64,000 nucleotides of DNA from Candidatus Parcubacteria bacterium (GTDB lineage: Bacteria > Patescibacteriota > Saccharimonadia > UBA4664 > JBIOIQ01), in assembly GCA_963718875.1 (NCBI GenBank), contig OY970378.1:1075691-1139690 (forward strand), in the 5' to 3' direction. Of the stretch, positions 18,581 to 28,859 are shown one piece after another. The translations under genes were made by a program, and so were the position numbers. Under the pieces are notes generated by a model. That model had not been told where the DNA came from. It made no database searches and saw nothing but the letters and a program-made list of their open reading frames with translations. Position 1 is the stretch's first letter. Each line of letters opens with the position of its first letter.

Positions 18581-20098
18581 CTACTTAGCAAATTCCATAG
18601 CACGGGTTTCACGAATAACATTCACTTTGATCGTTCCGGGGTATTTGAGAGTGGCTTCAATTTTAGTAGCCATGTCGCGGGCAAGCTTGATAGCGGAGAG
18701 GTCATCGATTTGCTCAGGGCGGACTATAACGCGAATTTCACGGCCGGCGCTGATGGCGTAAGCCTTGTTGATGCCAGGAAAGGTCATTGCGATGTTTTCG
18801 AGATCGGTCATACGCTTAGCGTAATTTTCGAGTGTGTCGCCTCGGGCACCAGGACGGCCGGCGCTGAGAGCATCGACAACCCGCACCACTAGAGCTTCAA
18901 CCGTGGTGGCTTCGATATCGTCATGATGGGCCTCGGCTGCGTGAGCGATTGTTTCATCCATACCATATTTACGGATGAGCATGCCCGAAATATGGTGATG
19001 GTTGCCTTCAATTTCATGGGTCATGGCTTTACCAATGTCGTGTAGTAGCGCAGCGGTTTTACAAATACGCACGTCGGCACCCAGTTCGGCAGCGATCATG
19101 CCGGCCATGTGGCCCATTTCCACAGAGTGACCCAACACATTTTGACTAAAACTGGTGCGGAACTTAAGTTGGCCTACTATTTGAACGAGCTCTGGTGGAA
19201 TACCGACTACGCCAACTTCTTTAATAGCCATTTCGCCGGCGTCTTTAATTATTTTATCAATTTCTTCTTCGGCTTTTGCAACTACCTCTTCGATCCTGGC
19301 TGGGTGGACTCGACCGTCGGCCAATAACTTTTCGATTGCTACCCTAGCCACCTGTCGGCGGATGGGGTCAAAACTGGAAAGCACAATTACGCCGGGTGTT
19401 TCGTCGATTAGTACATCGACTCCGGTAGCGCGCTCAATGGCTTGGATGTTACGGCCTTCTTTCCCTATGATCCGGCCTTTCATTTCATCACTAGGGATGG
19501 CAACAGTGGTAACTGTACGTTCGCTGGTTTGGTCGGAAGCAACCCTTTCCATAGCGCTTGCCACAATCATGCGAGCTTGCTCGTCGGCGGTTTCTTTGGC
19601 GGTGTCTTTAAGCTTATCAACCAACTTTACAAGATCAGTTTTAATGTCTCGCTCTGTCATGGCCATGAGCTTGTCTTTGGCTTCGTCTTTACTAAGCTTG
19701 GCAATTTTTTCGAGTGTTTCTTGTTGCTTGGTGCGCATGGAACGAATATCGTTTTTTAACTCCTCGAGCTCGGTTTCACTTTTTCGTAAAGCCTCGCCAC
19801 GCCTATCAAGCTCTTCAATTTTGCGGTCGAGGGTTGTTTCGCGGCTGCTAACGCGATTTTCGATTTCAGTAAGCTGTTTGCGCCGTTCACCATCTTCGCG
19901 TTTGCTTTCCTCGCTGGCTCGTAATGCCTGGGTCTTGGCCTCGAGAACAGTTTCTTTGGCTTTGGCTTCGGCATCGGACAGAATTTTAGCAGCCTTAGAG
20001 TCGGCTGAGTCGGTTTTGCGCTTGGCTATTACCATGTTGGCACCAAAACCAGCCCCACCGCCTAGCACGAGTGCGGCAATTACAAATAAAGCTAGCAT
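18581..20098 (-). CDS. rny: Ribonuclease Y
   Basis: TM anchor, coiled coil, KGRIIGKEGRNI KH domain, LLHDIGK HD domain. Confidence 0.97.
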   Translation of the reverse strand: MLALFVIAALVLGGGAGFGANMVIAKRKTDSADSKAAKILSDAEAKAKETVLEAKTQALRASEESKREDGERRKQLTEIENRVSSRETTLDRKIEELDRRGEALRKSETELEELKNDIRSMRTKQQETLEKIAKLSKDEAKDKLMAMTERDIKTDLVKLVDKLKDTAKETADEQARMIVASAMERVASDQTSERTVTTVAIPSDEMKGRIIGKEGRNIQAIERATGVDVLIDETPGVIVLSSFDPIRRQVARVAIEKLLADGRVHPARIEEVVAKAEEEIDKIIKDAGEMAIKEVGVVGIPPELVQIVGQLKFRTSFSQNVLGHSVEMGHMAGMIAAELGADVRICKTAALLHDIGKAMTHEIEGNHHHISGMLIRKYGMDETIAHAAEAHHDDIEATTVEALVVRVVDALSAGRPGARGDTLENYAKRMTDLENIAMTFPGINKAYAISAGREIRVIVRPEQIDDLSAIKLARDMATKIEATLKYPGTIKVNVIRETRAMEFAK

Positions 20099-20353
20099 AA
20101 GCCCTTCTTTCTATAAGAATGTGGCAATAAAATCCACAGGTTAAGTCGCTTGGCGCGCTTGCCTGGTTACTCCAAGGTGGTCGTAGCAGTTAGGGAGAAA
20201 TAAAATGAATAAAATTGAGCGGGGAAACTGTAGATGACCGAGAAAAGAAGTAATAGCTTTGCGCTATAAAGCGAAAAATTGTTTAATATCAACATTTGTA
20301 ATTGTCGCTTTTTTTGCTAAGGCCGTCAAGCAAAAGCGATAAGCGATTTTATT

Positions 20354-20554
20354 AAGTCAGACTTCAAATCGGTTTACTTGGCTATCCAAGATTAAAGTCT
20401 GACTTTGTGTAACGCGATGTGTCACTAGCGAGAAGTCTCGCCCGGGCAGCACGACGTGGCAATCCTGCCTGCCGGCAGGCAGGCAGGCTCATGAGTTTTT
20501 AGAAGTCAGGCTTCGATAACAATAGTTTAAAAATCTGGATTTGAAATTTGACTT
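20354..20554. repeat. Cluster of AAGTCNGACTT-type palindromes and CCTGCCTGCCGGCAGGCAGG
   Basis: Copies at 20354, 20395, 20503, 20544; palindrome at 20464-20483. Confidence 0.65.
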
Positions 20555-20656
20555 CGATACTCGATTATCACGCTTAACCTTGCAGGTCTGAGCTCAACGT
20601 TGTACTATGTTGAAACTGTTGGCCAATGAAGGCTGACTCGAGCTCGTAGGAGCAAG

Positions 20657-20890
20657 ATGAAAGCACTGACGACAAGGGGCGTGGCGTTTTGCAAGCGCCA
20701 TCTGACCTTACAGCCGACCCCCTCCACGACGCACGTACGCAGTCCCCTCCTTCCCATCCTCAACTCCACCTGCAGCAAGTGCCATGCAACGCTCAACCCG
20801 TGCGGAGTCTGTCACGGCCACCGCAGGCACAACTGCAGCACTTGCAACAACACAGGCACGGTCTGTCCCACGCACGGCGGGTTTCACTAG
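20657..20890 (+). CDS. Small Cys-rich putative zinc-binding protein, GC-rich
   Basis: Three CxxC plus CxxH; TTGCAG-N17-TACTAT at 20580-20608, AGGAG SD, hairpin 20918-20957. Confidence 0.6.
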   Translation: MKALTTRGVAFCKRHLTLQPTPSTTHVRSPLLPILNSTCSKCHATLNPCGVCHGHRRHNCSTCNNTGTVCPTHGGFH

Positions 20891-21051
20891 AACACGGACA
20901 CGTCGCCCATTCCCCATGAGCCCCCGGCTCCGCCCACCATGGCGGAGCTGGGGGCTCGTTCCCTTTTATCTACCTATTTTAGTTCTCGTTGTCATCTCGA
21001 GCCTGTCGAGAGATGACAGGTGGTTAATACAAAGTTTTTATGGCGAGGCAT

Positions 21052-21540
21052 CTATCCTCTTGGCTTGGTAATGTTGGCCTCGGCGCCGTAGAATGGCATG
21101 ACGATGCCGGTAAAAATATTTGATTGTAATTTCCCAGTTCCCCACTCCAACCAATCTTCGCCGGTGGCTCCGACAATTGGTTTGTTTAGCACGAAAGCGG
21201 CTGTGTTTGCTACCGTTATGCCGATACGAAGGCCGGTAAAAGAACCCGGGCCTTCATAAACAACAATGCCTGAGAGATTTTGCCAAGTTAGATCATTGCG
21301 ATCCAAAAGTTCGTGGATTTTTGACAGCAATGTAGCCGACAGTTGGCGGCCGGCAGTCCAAACTATTTGATCGCTTAGTTTGCCATCATCGGATGCCAAC
21401 ACGAGACATGCCTCGGCGGTTTCGGTGCGGATACCTAGAAGAACTTTTGACCCTTCGACTCGGCTCAGGGTTGGCTTTTGAGCTTTGAGTGTTAACACAG
21501 AATTATTAATATCAAGCTTTTGATTGCTTGCTTTAACCAT
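21052..21540 (-). CDS. tsaB: tRNA t6A biosynthesis protein TsaB with N-terminal extension
   Basis: GPGSFTGLRIG motif; next to tsaE. Confidence 0.92.
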   Translation of the reverse strand: MVKASNQKLDINNSVLTLKAQKPTLSRVEGSKVLLGIRTETAEACLVLASDDGKLSDQIVWTAGRQLSATLLSKIHELLDRNDLTWQNLSGIVVYEGPGSFTGLRIGITVANTAAFVLNKPIVGATGEDWLEWGTGKLQSNIFTGIVMPFYGAEANITKPRG

Positions 21541-22012
21541 TGTTTAAACTTTCAATGACGTAGTTAAATTTTGAATCAAGCGCGGTTACTTTAATGTGCC
21601 GTGTATTTTCGTCAACTGCTTCTATATCGATGCGAATGCGAGCGGAAGGCATGGCAGTGCCGGCGTTACCCGCCCACTCTACCGCCACAATTACGCTTGG
21701 ATCTCCAACTACTTCAGCCAGCTCTGTAGCGACAATGTCGTCGGAATCAATGCGGTAAAAGTCAAAATGATGCAGCTCCAGGTCATCCCGAACGTGGTAT
21801 ACCCGACTAATGGTAAAGGTTGGGCTTGTAACTTCACCATTATAGTCCAATCCAACAGCCACCCCTTTGACAAGCACGGTCTTGCCACCACCAAGATCGC
21901 TAGCGAGCTCGATTGTCTCGCCGCCTTGAAGGGCTTTACCGAGAGATTCCCCGAGCTTTAAGGTAGCGTTTAGTGATGTGGTAATAGTTTCGTACATCAT
22001 GGCGGAATTCAT
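21533..22012 (-). CDS. tsaE: tRNA t6A ATPase TsaE
   Basis: DLGGGKT, SPTF, H.DFYR, VEW. Confidence 0.93.
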   Translation of the reverse strand: MNSAMMYETITTSLNATLKLGESLGKALQGGETIELASDLGGGKTVLVKGVAVGLDYNGEVTSPTFTISRVYHVRDDLELHHFDFYRIDSDDIVATELAEVVGDPSVIVAVEWAGNAGTAMPSARIRIDIEAVDENTRHIKVTALDSKFNYVIESLNNG

Positions 22013-23339
22013 AGATTGCGTATCCTATACTAAGCATGGCCAGCCCAATTAGCAACCATGTACCGGAATAATTATTTGCCGATGCTACTAAGGCGGTTTG
22101 GGGTGTGGTTGTCGATTTTTTAGCTTTGGAGGTTTTGGGCTTAGTTGCTTTGGGGACTTTAGGCTTAGCAGCTTTTGTGGTTTTTGTCGTAGACTTGGGT
22201 GTTGAAGTAGCCTTAGCTTTTGTAGTGGAGGCAACGGTTTTGGCTTTTGGAGTTGCAGCAGTTTTTAAGGCAACTGCAGGCACTACCAAAATATTGTCCG
22301 CCCCAGGAGTAGCCTGCATACTCCACCTCCATTCACCGTCGACTAATGACCAGCTTTGCCCGGTAGCGGCTTTGCCATAATCACCGGTTGTACCAACAAT
22401 GTTACCGGCTGGATCAAGTACTTGAGCCGATCCGCCTGCGTTGGTAAGCCCCACATGACTTTGGTTAGAGTAAACGGCTAGGTACGCTCCAGGGGCAATA
22501 ATTACATCTGGTAGATTGTAAAATGAATGAAAATTACTCCCTGCTCGAATTGTGTAGCCTTCAATATTAACGGGATCGGCATTGGGGTTATATAGCTCGA
22601 TAAACTCATTGTGAGCATCGGTTTGAGGTGAAGCTGGGTCGGGCACAAGTTCTGTAATCATTAGCGCTGCGTAAACTGTAGGGGCAGGAGCGGGTTGATC
22701 GTCGACTGGTGGATCTTCGATAGTAACCGGGGAGGTGATAGAAGGATCTTCTAAAACTGCAGTGGTCGACTGGGGTTGTGGGGTGCTTCGTATAACAAAG
22801 TCCTCGGTATTATTATCAGTATCGGTGGAGTTACCACCATCTTCGATCAATCGGCCGGGCAGACGTTCGATGCTCTCCTCTGTTGCAGGAGCCTCCACCG
22901 GAGTGGTTTCGGCCGCGTTGGCAGTCGTGCCCCATCCAACCAGATCAACCACTGCGTTACTCTGATCCTTGAGCCGCACGTGGCCGCCAGTACCAGAGAG
23001 ACCGGCCGTGGAAAGATCGGCATCGGCAGTAGATAAGTAGATCTTTTGGCTTATGAGATAAAACCCGTGCGACTTAACCACACCCGTCAGAGTTGCTCGC
23101 TTTGACCATGAGTTTTCAGCAAGTGCAGATGTAGCGGACTTATATTGCAACACCCATCCATCTACAGATATGTCGCTTGTAGTGGGGTTATAAAGCTCAA
23201 CAAACTCTTGGCCAGAACTTGTAGCTGAACCGGTTTGAATTTCGCTGATAACAAGGGATGTGCTGGCAGATTGAACACTGAGTGGCTTAATTACTAGCAA
23301 TAAAAGTAGACATAATGGAAGGGCTTTAAAGCGCGACAT
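21936..23339 (-). CDS. Secreted lamin-tail-domain protein with C-terminal membrane anchor
   Basis: Two I(S/T)E...EF(V/I)ELYNP domains, Lys/Thr linker, TM helix. Confidence 0.85.
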   Translation of the reverse strand: MSRFKALPLCLLLLLVIKPLSVQSASTSLVISEIQTGSATSSGQEFVELYNPTTSDISVDGWVLQYKSATSALAENSWSKRATLTGVVKSHGFYLISQKIYLSTADADLSTAGLSGTGGHVRLKDQSNAVVDLVGWGTTANAAETTPVEAPATEESIERLPGRLIEDGGNSTDTDNNTEDFVIRSTPQPQSTTAVLEDPSITSPVTIEDPPVDDQPAPAPTVYAALMITELVPDPASPQTDAHNEFIELYNPNADPVNIEGYTIRAGSNFHSFYNLPDVIIAPGAYLAVYSNQSHVGLTNAGGSAQVLDPAGNIVGTTGDYGKAATGQSWSLVDGEWRWSMQATPGADNILVVPAVALKTAATPKAKTVASTTKAKATSTPKSTTKTTKAAKPKVPKATKPKTSKAKKSTTTPQTALVASANNYSGTWLLIGLAMLSIGYAIYEFRHDVRNYYHITKRYLKARGISR

Positions 23340-23568
23340 TAAGAGGGCTCCTTTTTTTAATCACCCTCCTAAGTTTTATACGAGCTCCATAGACTGGAGC
23401 TTTATTTCCATAATATACGAACAAAAAGCGAACAGTCAACACTTTTCTTAGGCTTTTTTACAGTTTAGTAATAAACTAGCTGTTTCTGTTGTGATTTTGC
23501 ACTATTTCTGTTACAAAAGTTCCACGCGCTTCTACGGAAGATGGCGTTTTTTGAAAGGAGTTAGATCA

Positions 23569-23721
23569 GTGTCAGCGTTCCCTTTAGAAAGGACGGTTAC
23601 CGTGGAACGCGGAATAGTAGTTTTTACGGGAGTAATCCCAGGAACAACCAGTTTGGCTTTATCCGGTCGGAAGCAGGTGATGAGGTCTACTTCAATACAT
23701 TTGGGCGATCGTTCGTCCTAG
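23569..23721 (+). CDS. Small hypothetical protein
   Basis: GAAAGGAG SD before GTG, TTGTGA-N17-TACAAA upstream, long hairpin ~23770-23840 downstream. Confidence 0.35.
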   Translation: MSAFPLERTVTVERGIVVFTGVIPGTTSLALSGRKQVMRSTSIHLGDRSS

Positions 23722-23912
23722 TGGTTGAAGACGGCATCGGAAGATTTTCCCGAGGCTGGTCAGGGTGGGTTACACTGGTGCCTCCAGTGCAGTTAAGTTT
23801 TGAGTAATACTCGTATGTTACACGGGAGGCACCCGTGTAATCGAATTGTCAGATCGGGACGCGAGGCCTTCGACAAACTCAGGCAGTAAATAGGAATCCA
23901 ATAATAAGCCGG

Positions 23913-24830
23913 TTACCCCAAAATGTGCGCCAGCAAGGCCATCCTCACATACAGGCCGTTTTGGGCTTGACGAAAGTAGGCTGCGCGAGGATCGGTGTCT
24001 ATGATGGGATCGATTTCACCTACTCTTGGTAGCGGATTAAGAATGCGGGACTCGGGCTTCATGCGAGCCAATGTCTCGTTGCCCAATATAAAGCAGGTTT
24101 TATGTTTTTCATACTCTAGCGGATCGGCAAACCGCTCTTTTTGGATACGATTGATATAAACTATGTCGGTAGATCCATCGACGGCCGACAAGCTATCCAC
24201 TTGGCGGTATTTGATGTTTTTATCGTCTAAGTAATGTTTGTATTGCGATGGAAGCTGCAGCTGCTCCGGGGATATTAAGAGGATGGTGGGATGGAAGAGA
24301 CCCATTAGCAATAAAAACGAATGAATGGTGCGGCTATGCTCTAAATCGCCAACTACAGCGATATTTAGGCCTTCCACACTCCCCAACTCTTCCAAAATTG
24401 TAAAGATATCAAGCAGTGCCTGAGTGGGATGGTCTTTGCCTCCGTCACCAGCATTTATGATAGGAACACTTGAAACCGCGGTGGCTCGCTCGGCCGATCC
24501 TGGCTCGGGATGGCGCAAAACGATGGCATCGGCATATCCACCAATAATTTTTATGGTGTCTTCTAGATCCTCACCCTTGATGGCGGAAGAAAATTGCCCG
24601 GCCGATTCCGCCGAGATAGTAGAACCGCCTAGCCTCGTCATGGCTGATTCAAAAGAGAACCGAGTGCGGGTACTCGGTTCGTAGAAAAGATTGGCTAACA
24701 CCTTGCCCTGGAGCAGGGGTCCAGGGGCTTTTCCCTTCATATACTTAGAAGACTCAAATAACATATCCAATATCGAACGATCAAAAAACTGGTCTGTGGA
24801 GATGAAATGACGTGAGTCTGTAATAGTCAT
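23913..24830 (-). CDS. pyrB: Aspartate carbamoyltransferase
   Basis: FYEPSTRTR.SF, HPTQALLD, NPLPR. Confidence 0.95.
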   Translation of the reverse strand: MTITDSRHFISTDQFFDRSILDMLFESSKYMKGKAPGPLLQGKVLANLFYEPSTRTRFSFESAMTRLGGSTISAESAGQFSSAIKGEDLEDTIKIIGGYADAIVLRHPEPGSAERATAVSSVPIINAGDGGKDHPTQALLDIFTILEELGSVEGLNIAVVGDLEHSRTIHSFLLLMGLFHPTILLISPEQLQLPSQYKHYLDDKNIKYRQVDSLSAVDGSTDIVYINRIQKERFADPLEYEKHKTCFILGNETLARMKPESRILNPLPRVGEIDPIIDTDPRAAYFRQAQNGLYVRMALLAHILG

Positions 24831-24923
24831 TAGTGATAACTATACTACAAGAGTCAACACCTGCAACAGATGAAATGGCTAGGAGGTACGGAATCCATCT
24901 TGCTTATGGTAAAATGGTAGTAT

Positions 24924-26945
24924 ATGCGAATATCTGATGATGCGCTCAAGAAAATATTAACGGCTTCGGGGCGAGTAAAGGCCGAGGACCTGGCTGAGGC
25001 CGATAAAAATCATCAGCAGACGCAAGAACCACTTCTTGCCACTATTATAAAGCGCAATTTGATTAGTGAAAAAGATCTGACTCAATTGTATGCCAAAAGC
25101 ATTGATGTTCCGTTTGTTGAGCTCGCTGGGATTAAAATACCTCATGAAGTTCTCATAAAAATACCTGAGCGCATTGCCCGTAAATACCAGGCTGTGTTGT
25201 TTGGTTCAATTGACAACCAAATGCAACTAGCAATGGCCGACCCAGAAGATTTCCAAGCTGCCGACTTTATTCAAAAGCAAACAGTGGGGGGGGTAAAAAT
25301 ATACATTGCCACTCCGGCTGATATTGCCGGAGCCCTGGATCAGTATCAAGCGAATATGGATAGTGAGATCAGCAAGGCTATTCAAGACTCGGCAGTGCCT
25401 GATCAAGACGAACGAAAAGAGCCAGAGGTTAGCGCAAAAGACATTGCTGAAGATGCCCCTATCGCTAAAACAGTCAACGTGATGGTGGAATATGCCATGC
25501 GATCAAGGGCGTCTGATATCCACATTGAACCACACGAAAACATTGTGCAGGTGCGCTATCGCATTGATGGCGTTTTGCGAGAGTCAATGACGTTGCCTCG
25601 CAATATTCTGCCTGCCGTTGTAAGTAGAATCAAAATCCTGGCTAATCTTAAGATCGATGAGCATCGCATCCCACAAGATGGTCGGTTCAAATTTAGTATG
25701 GGGAGCAAAACCGTAGCCCTGCGAGTTTCAACCTTACCAGTAATGGACGGGGAGAAGGTTGTGATGCGTTTGCTAGATGAGTCAAGTCGAGCCCTAACCC
25801 TGGAAGAACTGGGTTTTTCCGGCCTTTCACTAGATATTATTAACCGTAACCTTCACAAACCCCACGGTATGACGCTTGTTACGGGGCCAACCGGGTCAGG
25901 AAAAAGCACAACACTTTATAGTGTTTTAAATGTACTTAACACAGCGGGAGTTAATATCTCGACAGTCGAAGACCCAGTAGAATACCGCATACAAGGCGTT
26001 AATCAAACCCAAGTTAACCCCAAAGCCGGTATGACTTTTGTAAGCGGTTTACGGGCTTTGTTGAGGCAAGACCCCAACATTATTATGGTGGGTGAAATTC
26101 GGGATGGCGAAACGGCTGATCTGGCCGTTCAAGCCGCTTTAACCGGCCACTTAGTGTTATCTACACTGCACACGAATAATGCGGCCACCTCCCTCCCCCG
26201 TCTGCTCGACATGGGAATTGAACCGTTTTTGATTGCGTCGACTGTTAACACTGTAATCGGGCAACGTCTGGTGCGTAAGCTTTGCCCTGCCTGTAGAGTA
26301 CCTTATGTTCCGCAAGGAAAGGAGCTTGAAGATATAAAAAAGGATTTTGATGTTGATGTGGCATTGAAGCATTACTTGGAACAAATTAACGTTCCTCCGG
26401 TTGTACCTGCGGCATCAGCTGCACCAGCCATAACTGTACCCGCACTTGCTCCTATTACTTCCCAAGGAGGTGTAGTCAGCGGCACTAAGGTTATCCATCC
26501 CGTGCGTGATATAGAAATGGATAAATCAATTTTAGATAAAATTGCCGCTGACCCAAACATTATAGACCGCAGCGTGGGCGCTGCTTCTATGAAACCAGTT
26601 ATAGCAGCCTCTCATGAAGACTTGACGACAACTCTGCCAGATGCTCCTGCTTTGACGACTGTTCCTATTCCAACAACTGTCAACTCTGAGGAGCTGCAAA
26701 TTTTTAAAGCAGGTCCAGGATGTGCTGAGTGTGGACAGGGCAGTTATCAAGGCCGAATGGGGATTTATGAAGTTTTGGAGATCAACGAAGGCATTAGTAA
26801 AATGATTGTGTCTCACGCCACGAGCGAGGAAATACAGGCTGCTGCCATTTCAAATGGTATGCTTACAATGCAACAAGACGGCTTTTTAAAAGTACTCAAA
26901 GGGCTAACTACCATAGAAGAAATATTGAGGGTTACGCGTGAATAA
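24924..26945 (+). CDS. pilB: Type IV pilus assembly ATPase PilB/GspE
   Basis: GPTGSGKST, LRQDPNIIMVGEIRD, TLHTN. Confidence 0.93.
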   Translation: MRISDDALKKILTASGRVKAEDLAEADKNHQQTQEPLLATIIKRNLISEKDLTQLYAKSIDVPFVELAGIKIPHEVLIKIPERIARKYQAVLFGSIDNQMQLAMADPEDFQAADFIQKQTVGGVKIYIATPADIAGALDQYQANMDSEISKAIQDSAVPDQDERKEPEVSAKDIAEDAPIAKTVNVMVEYAMRSRASDIHIEPHENIVQVRYRIDGVLRESMTLPRNILPAVVSRIKILANLKIDEHRIPQDGRFKFSMGSKTVALRVSTLPVMDGEKVVMRLLDESSRALTLEELGFSGLSLDIINRNLHKPHGMTLVTGPTGSGKSTTLYSVLNVLNTAGVNISTVEDPVEYRIQGVNQTQVNPKAGMTFVSGLRALLRQDPNIIMVGEIRDGETADLAVQAALTGHLVLSTLHTNNAATSLPRLLDMGIEPFLIASTVNTVIGQRLVRKLCPACRVPYVPQGKELEDIKKDFDVDVALKHYLEQINVPPVVPAASAAPAITVPALAPITSQGGVVSGTKVIHPVRDIEMDKSILDKIAADPNIIDRSVGAASMKPVIAASHEDLTTTLPDAPALTTVPIPTTVNSEELQIFKAGPGCAECGQGSYQGRMGIYEVLEINEGISKMIVSHATSEEIQAAAISNGMLTMQQDGFLKVLKGLTTIEEILRVTRE

Positions 26946-27001
26946 GAAAAAGATGAGCTTGTTATTGCTTATGCTGTCAGATCACAGAAAAGAAAAATAT
27001 T

Positions 27002-28231
27002 ATGGCTAGTTTTGAATATACGGCGCGAGATAAGAGCGGAACAATCAGCAAAGGCGCTATTGCTGCCAGCGATCGTGGAGCTGCGATCAATAGTTTAGGC
27101 GAAAAAGGCTTATCGCCCATTCTTTTAATTGAAGGGAAAGAGACTGGTAAGGCTGGGGGAGTGACGCCTTCATTCCTTAAAAATTTTAAGCTTCAGGGTA
27201 AGGTTAAGCTTAATGATAAAGTAATTTTCTCGCGGCAGTTTTCGACCATGATCAATGCTGGCGTTCCAATTACGAAAGCACTAAGTATTTTGAAGCAGCA
27301 AACTACATCTAAGGTTTTTGCCAATGCCATAAACGACATAGGTACGCGAGTCGAAGGCGGTTCGACGCTGGCCAACGCCCTTAATGAGCATCCAAATATT
27401 TTTTCAGGGGTCTATATTAACATGGTTCGTGCTGGAGAAACGGGGGGTATTTTAGACGACATCCTTAATAGGCTTGCCGAACAGCAAGAAAAAGATGCGG
27501 AAATAGTAGGTAAGGTCCGTGGTGCTATGATATACCCTGCTGTTATTACCTCCGTAACGATTGCGGCTTTTTTCTTCCTTATGACGGTTATTGTTCCTAA
27601 GCTTGGGGTAGTATTTGAAGGCCTCGGTGCCAAGTTGCCGATATATACCACGATATTGCTTGGTATTAGCCACTTTATGGTCAAATATGGCCTATTTCTC
27701 ATTATAGGTATGGTTGTAGGAGTCGTTGGGTTTATTCGTTTTATAAAAACCCAGAATGGAAAACGGATAATTGACAGTGTCCTTATAAAGTTGCCAATTT
27801 TTGGCCCCATAATTGTAAAAGTTAATGTCGCACGGTTTGCCCGCACCTTCGGGTCTTTAATGTCTTCCGGAATAGCCGTTTTGGACGCGCTTAATGCCAC
27901 CTCAAGCGCCATTGGCAACTCAGTCTTTAAAGAATCTTTGGCCGACATTGCCCAAGACGTTAAAAACGGCCGGCCGATTTCAGAAGGGATACACCGCAAC
28001 AAGCATTTTCCGCTTATAGTGGGGCAAATGGTTGCAGTCGGTGAAGAGACTGGTGAGCTTGATAAGATTTTGCTTAAGCTGGCAGAGTTTTATGAGAAAG
28101 AAGTCGACACGGTCGTAAGCGGTATGACTTCTATTATTGAGCCAATTTTGATAATGGTAATCGGCGGGATGGTTGGCTTCGTGGTTATTTCAGTGTTTGG
28201 GCCGTTAGCCGCACTTAATAATGCTGTTTAG
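27002..28231 (+). CDS. pilC: Type IV pilus platform protein PilC/GspF
   Basis: Two GspF repeats, GETGG.LD, AMIYP. Confidence 0.93.
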   Translation: MASFEYTARDKSGTISKGAIAASDRGAAINSLGEKGLSPILLIEGKETGKAGGVTPSFLKNFKLQGKVKLNDKVIFSRQFSTMINAGVPITKALSILKQQTTSKVFANAINDIGTRVEGGSTLANALNEHPNIFSGVYINMVRAGETGGILDDILNRLAEQQEKDAEIVGKVRGAMIYPAVITSVTIAAFFFLMTVIVPKLGVVFEGLGAKLPIYTTILLGISHFMVKYGLFLIIGMVVGVVGFIRFIKTQNGKRIIDSVLIKLPIFGPIIVKVNVARFARTFGSLMSSGIAVLDALNATSSAIGNSVFKESLADIAQDVKNGRPISEGIHRNKHFPLIVGQMVAVGEETGELDKILLKLAEFYEKEVDTVVSGMTSIIEPILIMVIGGMVGFVVISVFGPLAALNNAV

Positions 28232-28318
28232 GTAAAATGCTTGTGTTTTTATGAAGATTGCAATATAGTAAATTTCAGTATATTAAAAGTAATTATATGC
28301 AAGGAGTGAGCACTTAGC

Positions 28319-28726
28319 ATGAAAAGTATTTTAAAGAAGAGTGGTGGGTTTACCCTCCTAGAGCTTCTGATCGTCATCGTCATCATCGGCATTTTAGCCG
28401 TTTTAATTGTACCAAACCTAACAGCTGGACCAAAACGAGCCCGTGACTCTCAACGTAAGAGCGATATGCGCAACGTTAAGACTGCCCTTGAGACCTATTT
28501 CAACGATAACAACGTCTATCCATCAGCAGCCAACTATGCAGGGTTGACTTCGGTTCTAGTGCCTGGCTTTATTAAAGCCATGCCAACCGACCCCAAAGCC
28601 GGTAACGCTGCCTATACTTACACATCAGCTTCACCTTATTCAACCTACAGTATAACGGCTACTTGTGAAGTTGCCACCGATCCTAAATGTCCCGGCGGTG
28701 TCCATACTGTTACCAGCGTCAACTAA
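28319..28726 (+). CDS. Type IV pilin (major pilin/GspG-like)
   Basis: GFTLLELLIVIVIIGIL; AAGGAG SD; terminator at ~28751-28779. Confidence 0.9.
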   Translation: MKSILKKSGGFTLLELLIVIVIIGILAVLIVPNLTAGPKRARDSQRKSDMRNVKTALETYFNDNNVYPSAANYAGLTSVLVPGFIKAMPTDPKAGNAAYTYTSASPYSTYSITATCEVATDPKCPGGVHTVTSVN

Positions 28727-28859
28727 CGACTAGAAACGTCAAAGTTAGAATAAAAAGCGGCTTAACAGCCGCTTTTTATATTTTAAAGTTGGTAGAACTC
28801 GCACCCAAACAGACCATTGCGTTATGCTTTTATTGCGGTTACGTTTATAATGAATTCTG

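Noticed and set aside
19362-20144. 260-aa plus-strand ORF and other long antisense ORFs (11698-12294, 27412-28002)
   Set aside because: Shadows of well-supported genes with no motifs of their own
26283-26732. Intein in PilB
   Set aside because: No splice-junction motifs; the insert is low-complexity
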